This document shows, piece after piece, positions 15,000-26,622 of a stretch of 64,000 nucleotides of DNA. The notes under the pieces are model-generated. The model was given only the letters and a program-made list of their open reading frames with translations, was not told the DNA's origin and did not search any database. Made by a program: the position numbers and the translations under genes. Every line of letters starts with the position of its first letter. Within the stretch, counting starts at the first letter, position 1. Source of the stretch: Amoeboaphelidium protococcarum X5 (lineage: Eukaryota > Fungi > Aphelidiomycota); contig JALDTO010000098.1 of NCBI GenBank assembly GCA_023515725.1, forward strand, positions 28,615-92,614, written 5' to 3'.

Positions 15000-15203
15000 T
15001 TCGCTTTTAGAGCTGATTTGATGAACTGTTTTCGCAAAGCAAGCCATATCCCAATCAATACTCATAAGACTTTCTATCACTCTCTAATATGCTGTTATGC
15101 ATACTTACTACGTAGTTGTAATAGGTATAGCTGGTACAGTAGGTAAATACAGCCACATAGAAAATTAAGTGCAGATATGAAAAACAAAGTTCTGTAATAG
15201 TAG

Positions 15204-16430
15204 TCATTCATTATCATTAGTGTGCTTTCTTTTTAACTGCACACGAGTTTTAACATCATGCTAGCCTGCGCCCTTGGACTCTTACCGCCGCTTCCAGTTG
15301 CGGCGTACTTTATCCATAAACTGAGAGTTGGAAAGACTTTCTATAGACACAGATTCATCAATACTCTTCATGATACGCGGCACAATACTGATATGATTCG
15401 GCGTAGTCTTATCATCTCTGAATCTCATAAACTTCCACTTCTTCTCCCTGGTCTCCCCATCCACTATCACGCGACACTCCACTATCCTCCCATCTGGAGA
15501 ATCTTGCTTAAACTGCTTAATCAATTCTCGATCTTCTTCAGGATCCAGCAGCAATTCTCCATACTCTTCATATCCATCGCCGTTATGACTGAGAATGTCA
15601 AGTTTCCACAGCGGTTTCTTCTACACTCTATCAAAGGATAGCCGGAGTTTAAAGTCTATGCTATTCTGATCAGCAGGCTTCCACTTGAGCATCCCATCAC
15701 ATGTTCTGCCAATTGTATAAGGCGCGTTAACATTGGTAAAAATCAGTCCATCATTCTCATGCCCCAGTCCACTTTCAATTTACTTCATCACGGAGGGGAT
15801 GTCGTACGCAAAGAACATTTGTTTAGCCTCCAGTTGAAGCGATTAATGTGGACTCTTCATATGATCCTTCTGGTACTTTTAATACGGTCTCAATACAAAA
15901 TCCTTCAAGTAGCCAAGACGAGTAGAAAGAGGTCGCTGAGCGAGAACTTTAGTATTGTACATCACACAGTCAAAAGCCAAGTACTTGTAAACCGCTTCAC
16001 CATCAATCTCATGCTACACCAATTCACCATCCAGCAGAGTCTCGTTAATCAACAGTAGCTTATTAGGCTGACTATCATGGCTAGGAAATACCAGTCCGGC
16101 AAGTCCGTACACTTACATTTTTCTATCCAAAAGATACACATCCTATCTGATTACACCTTGCGGAAATTCTTCATTCTATACAAAATTCTGTACAATATAC
16201 ATAAGATAGCGAACACCATCACTCTTTTCACACACATAATAGTCTTCATGTTGCAAGGACTAGAGGTGAGCTTGCAAAAATGAGATAGGTTGAGCACCTG
16301 GAAACTTTCGCAGTCTTTAATCACGATTATCATTTTCATTCAGCCCCAGTAAAAGCGCATTAACATGGCGGATTATTTATTTTGCCACTTTATCTTCCAC
16401 TTGAATAGAGTTTGGTGGGAGATTATTCAT
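15204..16430 (-). CDS. CEG1: mRNA capping guanylyltransferase, fungal-type stand-alone enzyme (408 aa)
   Basis: FPGAQPISF, motif I CEKSDGVRY, HENDGLIFT, LKWKP, WKFMRFRDDK. Confidence 0.93.
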
Positions 16431-16838
16431 AATTTATTATTTAATGACTATATATCGATGAAAAATTGAATAATACTCTGAAAAATATTCAATGAAGAAT
16501 GGAAGCAGGTGATTTGATTAACACAATCCAAAAGATATGCGAAGAAGTCGCCGGCGTAGTTAAGTAAACTTGTATCGAACGATGCAGCACTTGATGAAAA
16601 AGCATATATAGCACGACCAATGAATGAGGACTTGAATAATTTATATCTGTAGATTTCTAAAGAGTTTAGCTTTCACTGTATAGGCTGAACGCGTACCTAA
16701 ACTGATTTGAGAACGTGGAAATTGATTTCTCTTCGCTTTGCCAGAAGTTTCTCACGCGACAACTTTTTAAGAACTGTTACCTGTCTGTCTTTGGTAAACT
16801 CTTTATTGCTATAGCCTAAGGAATATATATAATTTGCA

Positions 16839-17921
16839 ATGGGCCAATTTGTAAGTAAATAGCCCGAATAAGATGGAATAAATGGTCTTCAATAAGCGAA
16901 TAAACTTGTTAAAAGACAAACCATAGGACGTTCTTCTAATGACACTGTGCAAGATTCCAAAGTCTGTGAGATGATGAAACAATTGAGCATTGAACGGCCT
17001 CTTCCTAGAACACCGCCAGCTATGGACAAGAACCTTCCTCCGATTCAAGATTCTCACCCAGATGTATTACATTAGCTGCTAGTCACCATACCTAGTCTGT
17101 CAAGCGCTTTAAAAGTTCACATCTCTGCATCAAACACGGTTGATGATGTTATGCGAATGGTTCTCAGAAGCAAAAAGGTTCGCAATGGCGGTTTACTGAG
17201 CGATCAAGTTGAATTTGTTGCGCAGTGGATCGTATATCCTAAGCAAGCATCTGTAATGTACGGCGACACTCTTAGAGAATCTAGATGCAAGAAGAGATCT
17301 ATACAAGAGTTGAAACTGTCAGGCGAGTAAATACTTTTCCGAGCGATAATGGACGGTTGGACGCGGATGTCTCACTATATCGTAAGTGGGAATTACGTAA
17401 AGCTCAAAATGATTTTGTAAGAGAAGAGCGCGTCTGATCGATATGTGCTTCCAGATGAAGCTATAACTTCTGCGCAACTTCCCTTATGTCCGAAGACTGC
17501 CGTCAAATCTAAAGTCATAAAGAAATAGAAAAGTATGTAACCTTCGAAACGCATATCAAACATATCTGGTAAAATCAATACGCGCTTACATCGACAATCG
17601 CTTGCTCTGTTAAAAAACTAAAAGACTTCAATTTAATCCTACTATAGATTGCTTATTCACTACTAGGGAGAGTAGGACGAGTGTCGGCGAGTGAGTCTGC
17701 ACATAACTGATGATCTGAATGGCTGGTAGTGTCTTCATATGGCTATGCGAAGGTTTAAGCTTTATGATCAAGATCAGTTCGCTATAGTTTGCCGCCAATA
17801 GACTGGCACTGATGTTTAGTAGAGTGTACTAAGCAGCGACACCTAAGTATTACGATTTGTATAATAGCATCCCAACGGCAAGTACTTTGTTATTAAGAAG
17901 AATGCTGCCGGTGATATATGA
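16839..17921 (+). CDS. Hypothetical N-myristoylated protein, possibly with two Ras-association/ubiquitin-like folds (360 aa)
   Basis: Starts MGQFVSK (MGxxxS). LKVHISASNTVDDVMRMVL and RVSLHITDDLNGWQCLHMAMRRFKL are RA-like patterns. Ends in TGA. Confidence 0.6.
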
Positions 17922-18008
17922 CTTTAATTTAATTGGGGTAGTGAGTAGATCTGTAATATATCAAATTGTTTATTATACATTGTCGCAATCTGATAATCAA
18001 ATTCAAGG

Positions 18009-18653
18009 TCATTATTTAATTTACAGCGTAGTATCATCACTCTCTTCATCAGCCTCGTCTGGACATCCACACTGCCAGATCGCCATTGCCTTTGAGCAAT
18101 CAAACTGCTTTTTACCCAATCGAGAGTTGACCTTGTTATGTAATGAACACATGTAATCACTTGCAATCTTCCTACCACCTTTGAAAACTGGTAATCCTAA
18201 ATCTTGCCGCCTCAGTAGAGATCTAAAGTGCTTGGCGCAGTTACCACACGGATAGAGGCGGGATAGGAGTAGAACGAAAACTTCAAACGACAGATAATCC
18301 AAATCACTAGGCTTCTACGGAAATCTAGTCGCCATCGTATGCAATAGTCTCCATGTAGCGCGGCCAAGCTATTCACGTACAGTGCTGTTGCCCATCTCCG
18401 GCATAATGTTGACCATGCTATCCTATACCGTTATATCTTCCTGAAGAATCAACTTTGCCAAATCATTTCTAACTCTTTCCATATTCCGTATCGGACTAAA
18501 AGACGTCAAGTCGCCACTCCTTGAGTAAGGCATAAGATTGGCGGCTGAGGTGAAATCATCACTACTATTAAAGGAAGTGAAGGCGATTAAGGTGAGAATG
18601 AATAGAGCTACGGACAGCAGCAAGAGGATAAACTTTGAATTCCATTTAATCAT
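18009..18653 (-). CDS. ERV2: Erv2-type FAD-linked sulfhydryl oxidase (214 aa)
   Basis: N-terminal TM, LGRATWRLLH, YPCGNCAKHF, CSLHNKVNSRLGKKQFDC, WQCGC tail. Confidence 0.9.
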
Positions 18654-19498
18654 ATTTTGACGATTTTATCGAGATTTTAGTTTATTGAAACAATTGAAAT
18701 AACGTCGAAGCGGTAGTTTGCAGACATAATATTTCAAAAAACTGAATATCATTGCGTTCTGGGTAAGTCACAAAATACAGTTGTTCCCGCCGAGACCGCC
18801 AGCATTTTATGCTCTTCATAGATGGGGCCAAAATTAAGCTTCGTGATCCGCTTTAACAAACAGTCATTAATCTATACAATGCTTTATGCTTTAGATCTAA
18901 TCTAGTCAAATCAGGTATTTTTCGCGCTTGATACAAATTTAACGTGCACAGTGAAATCTGTGCCAGTTGTTTTAATGGCGATTCTCTGGTCACGAAGCTG
19001 GTGCATGCTGCTGATAAAAGAGTGCGCTCAGTAGCTGGTAAGGTCCTTCTGATAAAATAAAATAAAAAATATAAATAGTTGGATACAAAATGATCCGGAA
19101 ATGGTGTTTTAAGTATTTGACAAAGGAGTCCACCGGAACGGTGATTCTCTAGTATTTTACAATTACTGATTGTAAAGTGGCCCGCGTAACAATTTCTACA
19201 TAGTCTCTCAAAGTGCACTTCAGTAAATTCTACAGGCTCGAGCAAACGCGCATTAGAACTGTAGAGACTCATTAAGCACTCAAGTTCAATCAACAAAGGC
19301 ACTAGTTTCAGTTCAGTAGATTCTACAGAAGGCTTAAATGCACTTCAGTGATTCCAGAGAGATATTAACAGATATTTATACTTGAGCTAAAGCACACAAA
19401 AATTTGTAGATACTCAAAATTTCAAAATTTAAACTATAGTAGAATATAAAGCATTCAATAAAATTTCAATTTCTTCAGATAATTAAAATAGATTTATA

Positions 19499-22400
19499 TC
19501 ACTTGGTGTAAACACACATGACCGGTCTCTCAACGCTGAACGCGTAAACACGATCATCAGCACGGAGAATGGTCTGAGGTGGAGGATTGGCACAGACATA
19601 ATGGTGACCAACACTCGAGGTGAGCTCGGTATCAGAACTTTTACGGAATCCTAGAAATGAATTTGCAATCTTCTGTTTGAGGCCCATGCCATTACCATTG
19701 TTTCCCGGAGAGGATGGCTGCTGTGGAGCATGTAAATCAGACATGGCAATCGAGCGACGGTAAAGACCGATTGGGATAGCCTTCTTCTCTTTAGACATGT
19801 GCCCAAACAGTTGCAAATAAGTCTTGCCCGCAAATTGAGGAGGAACTCTCACCAACCATATATGACTATGCTCCAGGCCATCAGCTTGTTTCAACTAATT
19901 CTGGACATGGAAAGTGCCACTATAGATGATGTGTCTCAAGATGGACAGCATGTGAACATTGTAAAAGTTTTGACAAATGATAGAGTCAAGCATATTTTGA
20001 CTATACGTGTGACCAGCCATGAAACATGGACGCAGCAAACTTCGCTTATACTCTGGCGTGTCCTTGGACCATGGTATAGCAGATTCACCAATAAAGTTCA
20101 TATTCTCATAGTGAATAAATTCAGTGATGATGAAAAGATCCTCTTCTCGCGCCATAGCTTCAATATTCAAGACGGTGAGCAGAGACGCAGCGTCAGAAGT
20201 GCGCTCTTCATTCTCAAACTTTCCTTTGCTACAATCAGCAAGCACCACAGCTTTCAGACATCGTTCCACGCCGGCACGTCTCAAATCTTTGCGCACCATT
20301 GGGTTGCCATATATAATGTACACCTCCTCAAATCTCTTCAGCTTATTCAGCTAATGATCGCTAGGCATGATCGGAGTCAAGATCACGATAGGAGTCCACG
20401 AACCGTCACTCCTAAAAGTGGAGTATGGACTCGAATTCGCAATTAGATGTTCGGAGCGCAGAGGAGCTATAAAGTATTCAATATTAAGACTGCAGTTTGG
20501 ATCGCAGACCAGAATATGACCTTGTACATCAGCAGACAGACAATTCTTTTGGGCCATCTCAGGGTCAATTGAATCGACCGTGCCACTTCTCATTCTACCA
20601 TGTTGAGGTGCACCAGTCGGCGGCTGCATCCCTGTGAACCCCATAGCCTGTTAGAAGATTCGAGTCACGAAACTATTTTGCTCCAATAATTTACTAGGAG
20701 TATCGACAACTTCAGTAGGAGCATTAGCATTCTATTGAGATGCTCCCTTGGTCTAAGCTCCCCCAGATTGGAATTACTACGTACTCTCTGCCGCAATATC
20801 TTCAGACTCAACAGGTGCATCATTCTCAAATAACACGGACGGTAGAGCATCCTTATTACCAGTGGCAAGATTAGGGCGATTGCCGAGGAGAGCACCATCT
20901 GTAGGTGCCTATGGAGTGTCATCGTTTTACTCTGAGATGATCTGAGTATTCATCGAAGATGACGAAGCATTCACATTCACGTCAATAGTCACTTCGCTAT
21001 GCATTGATTACTTGCTACTGTTGTTGCTCTTCTTATTCATCTTACTCTTAACCATTGGACTGTCAAAGTTCACCGAGTTCAAACTCATCTGATCAGAGCC
21101 AATGTAGAAGCAGACTTCATTTCCACAGACAACGTAATCAGCGGGGTTGAGATAGAGATCATAATCACCAGCATTTACTTGCCACAAGTCCATCAATTCT
21201 TCAGTAATTTTCAGTCCCAACTTCTTATAGTGAGCCACTTTCTTCTTCTTCTCATAGTAAGACTTGTTCGGTACACCAATGGCAAAAAGCACAACGCCGT
21301 AGTGCTTGAATACGTAATAAGAAACTGAGGCAAAGCGCTTTCCAACCCATTCAGGTTAAACTTGCTGCGGATAAATCTCCTGACCAGCACCATATAAATA
21401 CTCTCTGATCCACTCCTTTTCGATATTTTCATCATCAGCGCCGGTCCTCTTCAAAAGTCTATACGCAGACTTGTCCGTCAAACTGGTAGTCAATAGATGC
21501 ATTAGAGTAGTTAAGCCTGGGCATCTGCAATTCTGAGCCAACATTCCCAACTTAAGTTCATCCGTGCAGACCATAGAATCAGCCAAATAATCAAAATGGC
21601 TCTTATTCTCTGGCATTAACACTTGTACATGCAATTTGATATCCTTCACTGATTTTCTCAAGGCTAACGCACGCATAGCAGTCTTGGCATCATCCTCAGA
21701 TGCATTACTGGTGGCGTATTTACTGCTAAATATGAAGCAAGCTTTCACCTCTTTGATACGAACTTTTTCAAGAGAACGCAAATTCATCACACTTCCTTTT
21801 ACGTACTGTGTCCTATTGATGTACATGGGATTCTCCAGAATCAGCTTCAGCTCTTCAGATGGCTCATTAGGACTCAGAATTACCACATGAGTATTCACAC
21901 TGAGAGGGCCGTGATCAGCACAAAAGAACTCTTTCAGGAAGGTGGATAGAGAACTCAACTCAAAGTCTCCACAGATAAGGACATGATTCTGATTATTCTT
22001 CTTCTTGAAAGAGTGATCATACACAGACTTCTGACCCATGAGACGCAGCAATTCAGCCACACGGGTGGGCACAAATATTGCACCAGTGATGAGAATATAG
22101 AGCACAACAACTCGCGCGAACGGTCCATCAGGCACGATCTGAGATGTATTACCAGAATTGACACTAATAATAGCAAAGTAAAAACTATCGAAAAACGTCA
22201 AATTTCTGACGCCCTAAGACTTGTACGCGACGACATGGACAAAAGCCGCCACAGTCAGTACCAGAAAAAGAATGAATGCCACGAGTCTGATGGCTTTCCT
22301 GGTGATGAGAGACAACTTGAGGATAGAGGTCTTGCTTGGAATTAGCACAGCCATGAGAATGACATGCAGGCGGACAAATCGCAGAGGATAGAAATAAGCG

Positions 22401-23059
22401 AGATACCCAGCACTCATATAACTATGTCTCACATCAGGATTAAAGTAGGACAGTACGACCGGCACAGTGGAGGCAAAGGTGAGCAGAGTGAGAGTAGAAG
22501 TCCATACACGCGCCAAATCCACAGCAATATACAGCTTGGGCAGATACTGAGCCAATAGAACTATTGCTAAAGCAAAATCCATATTCAAGGTCAGAGTAGG
22601 CAAACCACGCTCGTCGTAAGTAGTATTATAGATGTATAACACAATGAACAGGAAACTAATGACGAGATCAACAATTTCCCACAAACGACTAGCAGGCGTA
22701 GAATCCATCTTATATGCCAATCGATGGCGCCATGAGGATTCTTCAACATCAGCCAGAATCAGCTCGTGGTAAATCTTGTTGGGACTGTTCTTGTCGCCAT
22801 CGTCACTGCTGTCGTCTGAGACATTGACCATTGAGGATTCTCCAATTTACTAATGGTGTTCAAATTACTCAAATTCCACCTGATTACCATTTTCCATATT
22901 CTCCAAAAGTGGTAGATGACTGCTGTCAGAGCTCACTGGATGCCTGTAACGGTTGTCATGTATAGGATAGCGTGGGGTAAGCAAGACTGACGCGTATTTA
23001 GCTTTCTACCAAAGTGCTTTCTACGCCTTTTTCTTGTCCTTGCCATTAATACTATCCAT
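19499..23059 (-). CDS. BK/Slo-family ion channel (6TM + two RCK domains) with a non-canonical pore (1186 aa)
   Basis: Six ORF-track fragments share one frame. RCK motifs HVLICG, YVKGSVM, ELKLGMLAQNCRCPG, GHILVC, YIIYGNPM..DLRRAGV, PCFMAG, PIGLYR. Confidence 0.9.
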
Positions 23060-23492
23060 TTCAGTATAATTTCTGATTATTACAGTATCTCAGCGATATT
23101 AAAAAGTTATAAGAAAAATGATAAATATTAGAAATGAATGGAGATGCCAAGTGGCTGAGTTGAGTTTATAATGTTAACAAATCTGGTCGATCTCTCAAAT
23201 GAGCCGCGCTGAAACTGATTGGCTGAAACAAAATTAGATTTTAATGTTCAAGGTGGTTGAAAAGAAGTTCAATGCAGATATATGAAGGTAGAGAATAATA
23301 CAACTCTTGGCAAACATTATGCATGGGAATTGTCAAAGATTGGATGTTTACATGCATAAATTAAGAGTCCATTTGAAAACCGACAGCTTCGTGGTGACGC
23401 GTTTTATTTATCGCTGCTGAAACAAAACGTCTCTCTCTTTAGAATTTTACGGTATTGCCTTACTCAGAAAAACATAATTTCGTAACTATTGT

Positions 23493-24196
23493 ATGAGCAA
23501 CCAAGGCCATAAAAGAGAGTGAGTTTATTCGCTTTGACTTTATTAAATTTCGATTTACCTTAACTTTGTAGATACGGTCCACATTTCAACAGGCTAAGCG
23601 ATGACGGTAATATTGCTCGACTGATGCATGCTATCAATTTCGCAGCGATCAAACACTCGAAGCAGAGGCGAAAAGATCTAGAGTAGACACCGTACATCAA
23701 TCATCCAATTGGCGTAGCTGATACACTTATTAATGTCGGTGGACTTTTAACTGCGTCTGGACCGAGCGATGTCGATGCTATTAGTGCTGTGCTGGCTGCG
23801 ATCTTGCATGACACTGTTGAAGATACAGAGACTACTCTGGATGAGATTAGGGAGGAGTTTGGTGCTAGAGTTTGCAGCATTGTCGCTGAAGTCACAGATG
23901 ATTTGACGCTATCAAAAGCTGAGAGAAAGCAAAAGTAGATTGACTCGGCACCTCTAAAATCCAAAGAGGCTAAATGCGTAAAGCTGGCCGATAAGCTGTA
24001 CAATTTGAGAGATTTGTGTAGACAAGTCCCCGTCGGATGGGATGCATATCGTGTTTAAGAGTACTTTAAATGGAGTGAGAAGGTTGTTGCCGGATGTCGG
24101 GGAACTCTGCATCCTGTTGAAGCGTAGCTTGATCAGTTGTTTTAAAAGGCAACGTTCAAGTATTAAGGACAAGTTTATGAAGCTTTAAAGAAGTGA
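23493..24196 (+). CDS. HDDC3: Mesh1/HDDC3 (p)ppGpp-NADPH HD hydrolase, intron 23519-23571 (216 aa)
   Basis: [52 protein letters not shown]. Confidence 0.92.
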
Positions 24197-24253
24197 TGTC
24201 AAAGTATTTTAAAATAATCATCTCATATCGTTATCTTAAATCATTTTTTATCA

Positions 24254-26044
24254 TCAGTATTTCTTTTAATCATCACTCGGAGCATGAACATACACAATTT
24301 GACAGTTCTCCTCATCATATGCATTGGCAGCTGGCCCTTGAGATGGCGCAGGACTGGGCTTCGATCCTGCCCTCTTGGATTGTGACTGAAACACTTGCTC
24401 CCCCGAGTTCTGAGAATCGCGATTACCATATGATGGAGCAATTTGTGGACTATGTGTGGTTCGACTAGCAAGAGACCCCTTCAAAGGCGAGACATATGCC
24501 GGCGCATTAACTGCAGGCTTAGGAGATGGAGGCTGTGGAGGAATATTCTGCTCTTTAGCAGGAAGAGTAGAGGGGGAAGGAGATGTTAGTACCTCTCTTG
24601 GAACATTATCTGATTGTTTGTCACTCTGAGAGAGGGGATAGGCAGGAGCGTTCACCTGAGCTGGTGGCATTCTTCTGGAGTCCTTAGCGGGAGAGTCATT
24701 TCTGTAACCTACATTGTTGTTGGCTTCAGGCAGATAAGCTGGCGCGTTTGCTTGTGCAGGAGAAGGACCAGTGCCAGATGGTTCACTAGGAGATTAAGAT
24801 TCACTTCCATCAGGTTGACCTTGTTGTGGATAAGCAGGAGAATTTTACGCGGGAGTATCAGAAGAATCAGCATTAGACGCGGGATAAGCAGGCGCGTTCT
24901 AAGTAGAATTAACTGGAGCATTTATACCAGGCTGAGAAGTATCAGAAGGCTCCTTACTAGTCGGCGCACCGGCATTCACAGTGTCAGAAATCTAAGCACC
25001 TGCTTTACCATCCTACCCCATGAGATAATTGTAAATAGCTTTGCCATTATGATTCAATGACCCGTCCTTGTTGAGAAGCACCGGAGAATCTTCCCTAGGA
25101 CCGGTGGCAAAATACGTGTGCAATCCCCATACAAAGAATGTATTACAGTTCGGTGACTCCACACAGGCTTCGATATTCTTCATTGTGATCGGAGTTTAAT
25201 TGGTGGCACAATCTCCTTCGCAATTTACAGAGTATTCAGTAATTTACACCTCCAGTCCAAATTCACCAATTTTCTGAAAGCACTCAAGGAGACGCTCCTT
25301 CGACGGGTTAGTATCAATCGGGTCTTTGAAGACACCCAGATGCTATTGGAATCCAATGCCATCGATCGGAATACCTCTCTCCTTGAAATCTTGCAGCATG
25401 TGAAGCAGAGCAGTGAACTTATTGGGAGTATACAGCGTGTAATCGTTGTAGAATAGCTTTGCAGTCGGACAGGCAGCGCGTGCCGTCTGGAAAGCCAAAC
25501 CAATGTAATCTGGAATCTTGGCCCAGACTTCATTCTTGGTGTTGTAATGCAGAGGATTCTTGTTCACGTCAGCCTGGGAGTCACTGAGTGCCTCATTCAC
25601 CACATCGATACCAATAATATTGTCATAGGAGCAATAGTGCTTCATCACTTGAGTGATATGGTCAACATAGATCTGTTTCAACTACTCGGGAGATTTACTC
25701 TGACAAAAGCCTGGTACCGCAGCTGAGCCCCAGATTAGAGTATGCAGACGCAACTTCATATTGTTGGCGCGGGAGAATTCAGCAGTGGCATCGCACTATT
25801 GATAATTGGGCTAGCCTTGAGCTGGAAGCATCTGCGCCATCTTGCAACTATTCTGATCGACTACACCATTGAAATGCTTACTCAGTATAGCTTCTTCTTT
25901 CTTGTCCCAGGCCTGGACACAGCCCAAATTGATTCCAGCGTGTTGAGCCGCCTCTCTAAGACTCCCTTCCTGAGCGCGTATATTTTGAATGAACGCGCCC
26001 ATCAGCAATAGTACCATTTTTATAGTGCTTAGTTTATTTATCAT
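24254..26044 (-). CDS. Secreted GH10 glycoside hydrolase (xylanase-like) with Pro/Ser-rich NAPAY-repeat tail (596 aa)
   Basis: Signal peptide, LRLHTLIW, IDVVNEA (acid/base Glu), KLFYNDY, PIDGIGFQQH, VQITE (nucleophile Glu), FVWG. Confidence 0.88.
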
Positions 26045-26622
26045 GACTATTGTAAAATTAAACTTATATATACCGTATAGAATTAAGATTGTACAATTCT
26101 AGTGATACTATGGAAACTGAAGAGTAAAGATAATTCTCATCTGGCTTACAATCTTTGTTGTGGTAAGTGTGTGATATCATGGCACATCACATCGTCTGAT
26201 GTTGCATTTTGTGCCACCGATCGGTGAACTCTCCGCTGTTGATAGGCTCCCCAGTGTTACATTGGCAGATCACGCCTGACAAAGGTGCGACACTCAGGTT
26301 GTCTCGCTGGAAACTATTTACTTGGCAAGAGATTTAAGTAAATTGAATAGTTTATATAGATCGTGAAATCTGTACCAGTACCAGATCGCGTTAAACACGA
26401 ATGTCCTGTTATAACGGATGGCATGACTAATGCTGAATGCGCCTTTAATAAGATTGGCACTATAACAAGCACTAGACGCCAGCGCTTACATTCAGTTAAA
26501 ATCAAATGGTAATTTTGTTGAAAAGATTGCAATGTTGAAGTATCAATGTAATTTTTGAGAACAGTCAATTCTGTAAAGGTCAAGCCATATACTTATTAAA
26601 TCTTTAAACTCACCGCGATACT

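Noticed and set aside
18853-19302. 149-aa minus-strand ORF in intergenic DNA
   Set aside because: Non-ATG start, no motif and atypical composition; not supportable as a gene.
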